DNA from: Octopus sinensis
Taxonomy: Eukaryota
DNA: 64,000 nucleotides
Direction: 5' to 3'
Assembly (NCBI RefSeq): GCF_006345805.1
Contig: NC_042998.1
Location: 49,166,001-49,230,000 of the forward strand
Below are positions 49,986 to 61,549 of the stretch, piece after piece. The notes under the pieces are model-generated. The model did not search any database. It was given only the letters and a program-made list of their open reading frames with translations, and had not been told where the DNA came from. Each line of letters starts with the position of its first letter. The stretch's first letter is position 1. The position numbers were made by a program, and so were the translations under genes.

Positions 49986-51649
49986 ATGTCTCAACCAACT
50001 GCTAAAAAGGCAAAACTGAAGAACTACAAAGAAGATTTTATTATGTTTGGTTTTGTATCTGTAGACACAAAACTTATGTGTCTTGAAAGGAAGGGAATAT
50101 TTTGAGAATAAAAAGAAAATGCAGCCAATCAAACTACCCGACTTTGTAAAGAAGATAAATACTGAAAAAAGCAAAGACACTCAAACCAAGTTATTTGGTC
50201 TCTGAAATTATTGCCACGGTTGCAGCACCTCAGATTTATGGGGAGAAACTTGTCAAGCCTGCTATAATAGCTTGTGCAAGTGAGGTTCTGGGAAAAGATG
50301 CTGCATCTATTCTGAGTACAATTTCACTTTCAAATAGTACAATTTACAATTACAAGAAGACGGAATGAAATGTCTAATTTTGTTGAGAAGAAGATTGTGG
50401 AAATTCTCCAAAAGACAAATTTTTCTATCCAGGTTAATGATAGCACAATTCATAACCAAACTATCCTTCTGGTCTATGTCAGATTCCTCCTTGAAGATGA
50501 TATAAGGGAAGAAATGTTATTCATTAAAAGTTTGTCTGAAACTACTAATGGAGAAGATATATTCAATGAAGTAATGCAGTATTTTAATGATAAAAATATT
50601 CCATTGACTAATTTGATCAACATTGCATCAGATGGAGCTGCAGCCATGACTGGAAAAGTGAAAGGTTTTGTTTCTAGAATGAAATCAGTTGCTCCTCAAA
50701 TTTTTTATATACATTGAATTATCCACAGACAGCATTTGGTTGCTAAGAATATTGGAGGACACATGGAAGAAACACTCAACACTGCCTTACATGCAATTAA
50801 CTTTGTCAACTCAAACTCAGTGAATAATACATTTTTTATGCAATTATTGCTTCACACAGAAGCAAGATGGTTGTCAAAAGGCCCGAGCCTTGAAAGACTA
50901 GTGAATTTGTGGGACCCATTAATCAACTTTCTCATGTTCAAGAGTCAGATGACCCACTACAACTCCAAGAAGCAAGCTGATACAGCTAAGAAAATTTTGG
51001 AAAGACTTTCTGAGTTTAAATAAAAAATATTCTACTTGAGTGATATTTTTAAAACAGTAAATCTGCTTAACTTAGAGCTGCAAGGTAGAAGATCAGATTT
51101 GGTCACCTGTCACCTGGGGAAATTAAAATTTTAGAAAAAAACGTTTGGAAAAAAAAATTTGACATCGTTTCAAAATTTTAACACTACTGTTCCTACATCA
51201 GAATGCATTACTGCATGCATTACTCATCTTGAAGGTCTTCATGTAGACTTTGAGAGAAGATACAATGATTTATTAAAAATAGATTGTCCACTCTGGTTTC
51301 TAGACCTAGAAAATTATGAGCCAGGAGATGAAAATTTGAGTTGGCTGAAAAGTTAGATTTGAAAGAGAATATGAGACTGAGAAGAGTTGCAAAAGAAGGT
51401 GTCTTTGGCTACATATCGATAAAGGAAACACGCCCAAATATTTTTCAACATGTAGAAACAAGCATCACTTCTTTCCCTACCACATGGATGGTAGAATTTA
51501 CATTTTCAGCTGTTATAGATATTTTAAGTAGAAAAAGAAATAAATTAGATGTCAACAGCAGAGGAACTATCAGACTAAGACTAAATGAGTTCATTAAAAT
51601 TGATTATGATAACTTGTATCAGAAACATCAATATCAAGCCAGTCACTAG
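49986..51649 (+). pseudogene. Decayed hAT transposase (ZBED5/SCAND3/Buster-like)
   Basis: Fragments with FSIQVNDST, DGAAAMTG, H*IIHRQHL (Cys to stop), LLLHTEARWLSKG and C-terminal TTWMVEFTFS; several stops and frameshifts. Confidence 0.88.
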
Positions 51650-52139
51650 CTGAATGGATTAAAAATGAATGACTTTATGAAAAATGATTTTGATATGTTG
51701 TATTTATCTTTGTTTACTAAAATGAATTTTAAATTTATCGTTGGTTTGCTAAAATAAATTTTAAAGTGTAACTAGACTATTTTGCTTTTCATTAAGTATC
51801 TTAGTGCGAAAATAGAACAGCATAAAGTAAAACTAGAAGTGGTCCCTAGATATTTTTTCAAGTAAAATAAGGTCCCTGGGTTGAAAAGGTTGGGAACTAC
51901 TGGTCTAGGCCATGTTTTCTTTCCTTTTTCTTCTCCCCTTTGTTTATATTCTATGCTCTTGTTTTTTTACTCTGATGAAGTGCCGTCCAATTTATTTAGA
52001 GACAGCATTTTGGCAACGGACCGGAAATGGCCATAAGATATGTTATGTCACCTATTTGTTATGTCAAGCTTTGTATTCAAAAGTAAGCTATAAATGTGGT
52101 CCAATTGAGGTGTTTGCGAATCTGAGGTTTTCTCCATTT

Positions 52140-53195
52140 TCTGACTGCTGAGGACATGCATAAGCTTGCAAGAAACGAAGCTAGTATAGTCTGCTGGATG
52201 TGTAATGTCAGTGTGCATACATGACAGAATGTAAGCATACTGAGAGAAAAGTTGGACATAAGAAGCTTCAGATGTGGTGTTCAAGAGTGATGACTCCGTG
52301 AGTACTTGCTTGTGTGCATGCTTGTCTGTAATTTGATACAGCCAAACCAGCTCATAATGGGAAAATACTCTGAAAGTAAGATACCCTTGGAATGTGAATA
52401 CAAACGGAATAAAACAAGTTTTGCATAAATCGGACCATGGACTGGGATGACCCAATATATATATAACCAGTATATGAAGCCAGTATGCTTCGCTGGATGT
52501 GCAATGTCAGAGTACATGTATGACAGAGTGTAAGCATTTTGAGAGACAACTGCACTGGTATGGTCATGTGATGCACATGGACGGACAGCTGTGTAAAGAA
52601 GTGTTGATCTGTAACTGGGGAGAAAACCTGTGGCACAGGTAGACCCAGGAAGGCATGAAATAAGGTGGTGAAGCATGATCTTCAAACTTTGAGCCTCATA
52701 GAGGAAATGACACGTCACCAAGACCTTTGGCGATATGCAGTGCTTGAGAAGACCTGTCAAGCCAAGAGAAATCATAGCTGTGGATGATGCATTACCATGT
52801 AACTGACACATAAAAAACACCTTTCAAGTGTTGGGCCTCATAGCGGCCAAGTGGCCGGTACCAGTGTCATGTGAAAAGCTTTTTTCGAGTGTTAGGCCTC
52901 ATGGAAACAATGACAAATGACCAAGACCTTGACATTATGTTGTGCTTGAGAAGAAGACCTATCAAGCTAAGTAAAATTGCATCGTGGCAGACACCAGCAT
53001 TGCGCTAATAGTACCTGTGCCAGTAACACATAAAAACACCCATTACACTCCCAGAGTGGTTGGCATTAGGAAGGGCATCCAGCCACAGAAACCATGCCAA
53101 ATCAGACTGGAGTCTGATGCAGCCTTCCAGTTTGCAAACCCCGGTCAAACTATCCACCCCATGCCAGCATGAACAATAGACATTAAATGATGATG
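52140..53195 (+). mobile_element. Degraded RTE LINE 3' fragment with an internal duplication
   Basis: Homologous to 46500-46900 (GAAGCCAGTATGCTTCGCTGGATGTGCAATGTCAG, TGGTATGGTCATGTG), with the RTE terminal segment and (GAT)n tail. Confidence 0.75.
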
Positions 53196-54954
53196 ATATG
53201 ATATATGTGTGTGTATTTTCAGCATTAGATAGTGTACAAAAAGAGATCTTTTTCAAACCTAGCACCCAATACTTGATCTCATGAGCTCAGCAATTATGCA
53301 TTTGCTGCATAATTAAAAAAGTTCACTTCACAATGATGTTTGTGTTCAGTCCCATAGCTGGGTACCTTGGTTAAATGTCTTCTTTCGACCAATGCTTTAT
53401 GACGGAATCTGGGAAACAGAAACTACTGGAAACCAGCAGGTATACTCACACATGCGCATGCACATGTGTGTGCAACACTAATGCATTTTTCTATCAGAAA
53501 CATTCTTTAAAAGTTTCAGTCATTTGACTGCAGTCATGCTGGAGCACCACCTTAAGTTTTAGTTGAATGTATTGAACCCCACCTCTCCGTAATTATTTTT
53601 TAAAAGCCTGGCACTTATTCTAGAAGTCTCTTTTACCAAATTGTTAAGTTACAGGAACATAAATACATCAGCACCGATTGCCAAGCAGTGTAGAGGAACA
53701 CACACACACACACATATATACGACAGGTTTCTTTCAATTTCCATCTACCAAATCCACTCACAAGGCTTTGGTCAGCCTAAGGCTACAGCAGAAGACACTT
53801 GCTCAAATCATCATTTAATGTCTGTTTTCCAAACTGGCATGGGTTAAATGAGTCATTATAGTTCAAGTCAAAAAAGTCCAGCTGTAACCATGGTCTGTCT
53901 GAGATTACTTCATCTAATGTTTCTTTCTCTCTTACAACTGTAGAGAATGATATGAATAGAAGTTATCTGACTGCTATTTCTTTCAAGGCAATTGACCACA
54001 AAGTGATTCCATTATTAGTTCGTTCCTTCTAAGTTGATGCTGCTGCTGTTTAGCAACAAGTCAATACTGATTGACCAAACCTAATCTGTAATCATGGGTG
54101 CTGGAGCCATAATCATATCTTTCAGGTCAGCTGGCTGAGTAGTCAGTGTCATATAGAACAACACCTTATGGTATTTGTTCCAGCTCTCAGTGCTCTGAGT
54201 TCAAATCTAGCCAATGTCAACTTTGCCTTTCATCCTTTCAGGATCTATAAAAAAAAAGTAACAATCTAAATTGATAGATTGGCAGAATTGTAAGAATGTC
54301 AGACTTGACTACCTTATGGTATTTGTCCTACTCTTTGCATTCAGAGTTCAAATCCTGCCACTGTTCACATGACCACTTAATCTGTCATCCAGATTAACAC
54401 CACACCCTAGCATATTAGGTGCTTTAAGTAGAATCTACCTCTGTTCAAGTCAGGTCTATAATTTAAAGACATCTCCCTTCACTCCCTTTTACCATTTTTG
54501 GAAACCCACAGGGCTAGCTTTCTTTCTAATTGAAAGATAAAATATCAAAAAAAAAAACTAAATGAACAAATGTCTTTTCCCTCCTTGAGACAGTAGGATG
54601 TGTAATTAAGGAGACTTGGCTGCTATTTCTAGCACGTCATGCAACCACAAGAAAGTTCACCACCAATGCCCCCACTCCTTGAACTTGTTTGTATAGATTA
54701 CAATTTCACTGGTTACAAACAATATGTACCACTATAGTAAAGAAAATGATGGCATTTTTTTCTCACTATTTAAGTAGCCTAGCCAGAATTAAATATGTTA
54801 ACACTAAATTAACAACACACACACAAGTACATAGCTAATGCTTTGCACATGATGTCATACTACTACAAATGCAACAACCCATTCATAAAACATGTGACTA
54901 ACAAATACTAATTACTATTCTATACTATTTATAAAAATACTATTTTAACCTCAC

Positions 54955-54970
54955 CTTCTTTTCTTTCGCT
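54955..54970 (-). CDS. Candidate 16-nt ACC microexon encoding (E)RKKR(R)
   Basis: Minus strand: CATCTCTTTTTTTCTTCTCTTAATTCGTAG|AGCGAAAGAAAAGAAG|GTGAGG. Its phase-2 end fits exon c1. No transcript evidence. Confidence 0.45.
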
Positions 54971-56628
54971 CTACGAATTAAGAGAAGAAAAAAAGAGATG
55001 CAGTGGAAAAATATAATCTTAGGTTCATAGCTGAAATACTTTTGATCAAAGATCAGCTCAATCAGGGTATTTCTTCTCAAATTCAGTACCCTGAGATGAA
55101 ATCTCATTGAGGACACCCATGCCTTTCATCCTTTCGGGAGTCAATAAAAAAAAAAACTACAAATCCAGGAAGTCAGACTGGCAGAACTGCAATTATCTCT
55201 GACCGGTGACCGGTAATAAAGTTACAGTAATAAAGTCACAATTAATTTATGGGATCCGGACAACCCCACCGCTGGGACAAAACCCCCTCGGACACCCCCA
55301 CCACCACCGGACAAAACCCCTGTAACTTTTTTACCTGGATTCGTCTGACCTCGTGCCTAGTAGCATTTATTCCAGTTCTGCACATTCTGAGTTGCATGCC
55401 TTAACCCTTTAGCAATCACATTATTTTGTCAAAAGTAATGCTTATTTATTCACACTGTTTTGAATTGGTCATGCATCATTTCGTAGCCGAAATCGGCAAG
55501 GTGGCAGAATTGTTAGCACGCCCGTTACTACAGTTGAACACTGTGACGATGAAATTGACTCATCCCCTCCTCCAAAGTTGCTGCCCTTGAGGCAAAATTT
55601 GAAACTCATAGTGGGTTACGTTGAAACGGTATACCTCAACTGCTATTTCTAAAATATTTAATATCATTAAAAGGTGGGTACTTGTATCGCAGAGTGGTCA
55701 CAAGTACCTAAAAGGTGACATGATGGGGAAGTACTTTATCCTCTTTTTATGAAATTTTTGCATATCATGTTGTTACTTCCGGTTTCTATCGCAATTTTCG
55801 TTTTTTAAGGATAATTATCTTTCACTTTTAAAAGGCGGCAAATTGCATGTTAACCATCACATTCTACCCTCTTAAAACATTGGACAGCATATACAAGACT
55901 GATAACAAAAAAAAACGAGAAGGGGTGTCACAGCTGGAATTTATTTGATCATGTTTTGTGCATCGCTTGAAAACAAGAAAATAACATATTTTTCTCTTTC
56001 TCTCTATATCACACCACAAGCGCAAAGATGTGAGAAGATGGATGGCACGGGCATCTACGGTACTTGGAAGTTGAAGAAACATGATCTTAAATTAGCAGGA
56101 CATCAACCAGCGACTCAAACTTGAACTGTACACACAAGAGTCCACACCTCAGAAAACATGAACCCTGAAATCCTATACAAGCAGGCGAGAAGTTTCAGAA
56201 ATTCAAATGTTTTCAGACTGCACTAAGGGACAAAGTGTAGAAATACTTTCACAAGAAAAGTTCTGGCGATCTTTCGATACTAGTAACATAACTGAAAGAT
56301 CGCCAAAGTTCTTACAAATCATACACTGCCACCAAAATAATTAGAAGGAAGAATAAGAAAACCACACCACAGTAACTAAGCAACGTAAGTGTTCTGACAA
56401 GACTTCCCAAAACCTAAGAGGTGGACTTCTCTCATTAGCAACAAGTATCTGACCAAACAAGGTGGTGCTGGTCAGATTGGTTAGAGTTAGGAAGCGTTCG
56501 CAGAAGACTGAGCAACTATGGTGTGTGTGTGTGTGTGCGTGTGTAGGAATGTGTGTACGCGCATGCGTAAGGGAGCTGGTGTAAATTCCCAGCATTTTAC
56601 GTTGCCTGCAGGGATTAACAAATTTCCC

Positions 56629-57040
56629 GGATCTTTTCGGTTTGACCGGCAGTTTTTTTTAAATAATTTCCATGTAACTAAACACTTTTAAATTTCGTAT
56701 TATACTGGTAGAATTTGTTTATAAAACATCTTTTTCTCTTGGCTTTATTGAGAAAATTCTATAGTTTGTAAGATATTTGTTGTTTTTTCTTCAATTTCTG
56801 CAATTTCAACCAATCAATGACGTCTATTGAGGTGAAAACATTCTGTGCCGTATGAATATGTCCCTCGTTTAAGAAACAGATTGGGTTTATTTACATTTGT
56901 GAAGAAAAAAAGATACCCTTCCCCCACCCTTAACCCTAAAACAGATTGAAATGCAATAGATCAATACTAGGGTCATAATTATGGGTGACAATTTCATATG
57001 ACACCGCTAGAAAAAACTGCCGTTCAAACCAAAAGGATCC
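56629..57040. mobile_element. MITE with 30-bp TIRs and 8-bp TSD
   Basis: GGATCTTTTCGGTTTGACCGGCAGTTTTTT versus reverse complement GGATCCTTTTGGTTTGAACGGCAGTTTTTT (27/30). Flanks AATTTCCC / AATTGCCC. Confidence 0.75.
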
Positions 57041-57142
57041 AATTGCCCTTAAATTATATCCTATTGTTAACTAAAAAATGGATAATGTGATCCTGGATCT
57101 GGGTTCCTTACACGGGGTGGTCACGGGTGAAATGCCTTAAGT

Positions 57143-57450
57143 CAGCAGTCACCAACATTTTTTGACCGGTTTCGTGCAAGAATTTATCCACGAGCCGCAT
57201 AAGAAAACCAAATAAAGTACATATATAATTTAATTATTACATAAGACATACTTACACATATATGACACACCCTGATCGTTAGGGGGGCACAATTGTGTAG
57301 GTAAGAGCTATTACATATATAAAATATATATTAGACAAAAGCACACGGCAAACTGCGAATTTCAATGAAATAGAAATAAAATTTTTGAAATTTATTCTTT
57401 TCATTGCGGCCCGGTATCAAATGACCCACCGTCCGATGTTTGGGAACCTC
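57143..57450. mobile_element. Probable hAT-Charlie-type MITE remnant (MER1-like ends)
   Basis: CAGCAGTCACCAAC...GACCGGTTTCGTG start and TTTGGGAACC end. Confidence 0.45.
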
Positions 57451-58057
57451 AAATTAAAATTGAGTCCACACGACCAGATCCGACCTGGGGTTAAACAACA
57501 AGAGACAAATAGTACAATAACACCTGTATTATTCTCCTCGTTTGTACGTCTCCCTAATGAATTAATTTAATCTATTTTATTGGGGCGACAAATAAAAATA
57601 ATTTTATTGCTTTCGTTTGTAACAGTGAAGGTTAAGGTGAGGGCTGCGTTGAAATAATTGGATTTATGTGAGATGAACAAGAAAAAAAAATGAAACAGTA
57701 AAAAAGCTGCAATGTTTATATAACAGAAACGAGGGATACACGTGACGGGAGATAGTTGTAGCTCGAATCTTACTGTTCTCAATTGAAATCTTTCTGGGAT
57801 CGATATAAAACAGTTTTATATTGAATTAGTTCGATACTTTCTCTGCGTTACAAAAACATGCTTTAGTAAATATTAACTCATTTGATAATCCTCCGATACA
57901 CATACACACGTGTGTGTGGATAAAGTAGTGACCTGGATTATTTATAAGTAAGTAATTCGTGACCGTCCCATGTTAGGCAAGGTAAAGAATACGCAACCAC
58001 TCGTTTTCGGCGTAACAAAAACCCTGACCTTAAACACCGGATGTGCATATTCTTTAC

Positions 58058-58182
58058 CTTCGCCCCATCTTTTCATATAAGCCAAGAAACAGTCTACACT
58101 ATCCAACTGAGAGATTCCTGCAATTACTGGCGAGACAGGTGCCAACGTAATGCTGTGTTTTCGTTTGAATAACTTTGGTAAC
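58058..58182 (-). CDS. Candidate upstream ACC exon: LPKLFKRKHSITLAPVSPVIAGISQLDSVDCFLAYMKRWGE
   Basis: Acceptor TATATTTTCTCTCATAG|G, donor GAAG|GTAAAG, open frame of 41 codons. Its phase-1 end fits the microexon. Contains an in-frame ATG (MKRWGE). Confidence 0.4.
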
Positions 58183-58946
58183 CTATGAGAGAAAATATAA
58201 GGCACTCGGGTAAACCAGAATCTCACCTACTTAAAGTCTTAATTGCATACCACCGTGTAAACAGATATGTGTGTGTAAGTTACTCATATATTGCATCACA
58301 CTTTAATAACATCGCTTAAAAAGCCTTAGGAAAAGCTTTCGCTCCACGGACCAACTATAGAGTTTCTCTGCTGTCGTCCGGTCCTCTGGAAATAACACCA
58401 AAATTTCCATCAAACTACATCCAACTCTCTTAAACAGAGAATGTTTCAATAAATGTAGTTCCCGGTAGACAAAAAACTACTGCAACGTTTCGATCAGGTA
58501 TGCCTAGAAGATTTACAACAGCAACCTGAAGCTTCACACCCTAGTATAAAAGTGTGTGTTAGATGTGAATCTAAAATATAAGAGAAAAAAAAACACTGAA
58601 TATTTGAATGAATGATGCGTTCGATAGGTGTGGGTATGAAACGCACAAGCTCTTTGCCACACACGTGTGTCTATAACTGTATTAACATAGGCAAATAAAC
58701 ACTAGATCACATAAAACACATATATACATACACACACCTAAATTAGAGTTCGGCGATGAAAGATTGCCTAGAGTTCTTTCAAAATGTTAGACATTTTAAA
58801 ATGACAAATATATACAATATATATATATATATTTGAATGAAACAGTTCTAGTCCTGTAGAAGCTCCTTCTATAAAATAAATTAATTTACTCTGCTATATA
58901 TTGAGTACCTTATTTACTGTGGTTAACCCCGACTCAACCCGGGACC

Positions 58947-59040
<94 letters not shown>

Positions 59041-60368
59041 TTCTAAATAGCATCAATAGAAAAGTTGTCTGTATCCTAGAGAACGAATACCAAAATATCT
59101 GTAATTCCGACTTGTCTGCCAATCTCCTTAGTTGCTAATAAACAGTCTGGCATCAGGAACGAAGGAAATACATTTTCCATGTCTATTTCTTGTTTAATCA
59201 AGACCCCCTATACGAAACGTTTGTCTTTTTATTTCAAGTCACTGTCCCTCTTTGTAATCTAGTAAATAGAAATTCCGTACAGATTGTTCCCGTTTTTATT
59301 AACTAGCTTCCTTCCATGACCAACCAAGTTGTATATATAACAAAATGAAGGTGAAATAGTAGACAGAAGCGTGCAAATGATTACGGGTACAGTGAGGGTG
59401 TGGTGTATGTATACACATATGTATAATAAAGCTCTGTGTGGTTTCCCCGGTTTTTGCTATTAACGCTTCATTTGTTTCTTTAATAATTTAATTTCGTTTA
59501 GGAGTGACCTTGAGAGAGGCATACACACCACAACTGCATCCCCCAATTCATTCTAAACTAACATAACTAACTCCAAACCATTGTTATTATTACCAATTAT
59601 ATTCCTGGTAAGGGCGTTCTGTAAAACGGGACAAAAACATTTCGCCATGCCACAAGAGAATAAGCCGTCCTTATTATTATTATCCTGCTTGTTATATATA
59701 CTGTTGTGATCGTTGTTACGGAAACTAACCACCACTATCATCATCGACAATACTAACACTATGAATAAATTTAATTAATTAAAATTAAAAAAAGAGACAG
59801 AGCTTTCTCAATAGTGTAAGCCATCCTTATTATCATGCTTGTTATTTATACCGTTGTTATCGTTACGGACACTAACCATCACCATCATCATCACTAACAC
59901 TTTAAATAAAAACATACGGAGCATGATCTCACTTATATCTAAGCCATAAAAAGCGATGAGACAGAGGATAAAGATAAAACAAAAGTACTTTTTCTGCATA
60001 GAATACATCAAGTATAAACTAAAAGCAAAGCACACACAAAAGAAAAAAACAATATATCCTTACGTAGGCAATGGATATTCCATGAAGTTATTATGACAAC
60101 TGTCTGCGAGTTCCATCATTGGAAATAAGTTATATTCAAATTTGCAAAGTAAAATTGTTTCATAACTGGCTCTTTGGAGAGAGAAATCAATCCATGTTCT
60201 GATGAAACACTTGTTCTGGTTTCGGGAAAGTTATCAAAGTGGAGCGAATGGGTGGATTCTATACGAGATTTTGAATGTGTGTAAAAAAAAAAATAGCGAG
60301 AGGGACGGGAGAGATTTAGGAGCGGGAATGATCGACGAGAGGGAAGTGAGGAACAGTGTTCGTCTTAC

Positions 60369-60421
60369 GTGGTTATCCTTACTTCCAGGCCAATCCCCAA
60401 CAATACAGTTCGACAGCTCAT
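60369..60421 (-). CDS. Candidate first coding exon: MSCRTVLLGIGLEVRIT(T)
   Basis: ATG at 60421; donor AC|GTAAGA gives phase 2, matching the 58182 acceptor. A competing donor GAA|GTAAGG at 60383 would be out of frame. Confidence 0.22.
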
Positions 60422-61516
60422 TTTAGAAGTTTCCTAAGATAAAGAATGAGCTGTAACAACACTAAGGAAAGAAAGAACGAGACCTGAAATAAATATTTGA
60501 TAGCAAAACTTAAATATAGAGAGAAGGTAGGAAGAGAAAGAGGAAAAGGTTGAATAGAAATGAGGAAGTAAGAGTGTAAGGCAGATAGAAAGAGAAAATG
60601 AGTTGAGAGAGAGCGCGAAAGAAATGAGGAGCGTGTTCGTGCGTGCGTGCGTGTGTGTGTAAAGAAATCTAGATTAATTGAAAGCGAGTAAGTGGTGAAA
60701 AAAGACAAGCTGAGAGAAAATAAAAATGAGGGCGCACAAAATGAATTATTGACAGTGAAAAAAAAATGTAATTTCAGTTGATTCTAATAATTAATTTTCT
60801 CTTTTTTTTTTTTTAAAAAAATAATGTAGAACTACCAACAAATTAAACAAATAGAATAGATATCTAATTACTTCAAATCTCCCAAGTTGTGGAAATAGCA
60901 ATTTGTGGGTACTCAGTCCTACCACTGAAATCAAAACTTCGTTAATTAAGAACTTACCATTAATCACAATCCTACTCAAGTGTTACATATCAGTAAATTG
61001 ATATATATCCAGAAAAATGTCTCGTTCAACAACCACCTGGCTACATCTTCAATTCGAGATGTTTCCATGGTTATTAATGCTATACGTTAATATTAATTAT
61101 CACAAGATCCACAGAACTGGCCAAGCAAGTAGAAAGCTAGAATGATTGTATTACTATGCATAGTTTATAGTTCCCTACTATTCTGGGTGCAAATCTTACA
61201 GGAATTGACTCTGTCATTCATCCTTCCAGTTACCAATAATTTGCTGGATTCAATTTAACCAATTTTACTCCATCTTCTTACAAATAAAGACTTGTTTCCA
61301 GGTTAAAGAAACCATTAATCAAACACGACAGTGTTTTTAAATAATTGCTTATTAACTGTCCTTCAATGTGCACGAAGACTGTTAAATTTAACCATTCCAT
61401 TTCAGCATTCTTTAGTAATAACTGTTCATACTTTCCAACTGTCGGGAAGAAATCACATCTAAAATACTTGTCAATAGAAGGCTGTAGATGCAACATCTAC
61501 CTCTTTCACTCATACA

Positions 61517-61549
<33 letters not shown>

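Larger units (their letters stand above)
45350..51902 (+). mobile_element. hAT (Buster/Charlie-like) DNA transposon, interrupted by the RTE LINE
   Basis: TIRs CAGTGATTCCAAAC and GTTGGGAACTACTG (11/14 match). 8-bp TSD ATCTAGGC (45342-45349) / GTCTAGGC (51903-51910), fitting the NTCTAGRN target of this group. Confidence 0.85.
55200..60750 (-). promoter_or_regulatory. CpG-enriched, SINE-poor region; probable ACC promoter and 5' exon zone
   Basis: CG dinucleotides are visibly far more frequent than in non-repeat ACC intron sequence (e.g. 10300-11500). GA-rich tract at 60520-60660. Several strong minus-strand donors (58057, 58226, 60368, 60382). Confidence 0.45.

Noticed and set aside
55335-55366. 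ATG-containing phase-2 mini-exon MLLGTRSDES(R) with CAG|GTAAAA donor
   Set aside because: Wedged between repeat remnants with no promoter or acceptor support, and incompatible with the better-supported microexon chain.
56927-56940. CCCTTAACCCTAAA telomere-like motif
   Set aside because: Only about two degenerate units, inside a MITE.
58480-59225. CGAAACGTT motifs (about 58484-58492 minus, about 59213-59221 plus) matching a minimal hammerhead stem III
   Set aside because: No CUGANGA core upstream on the same strand.
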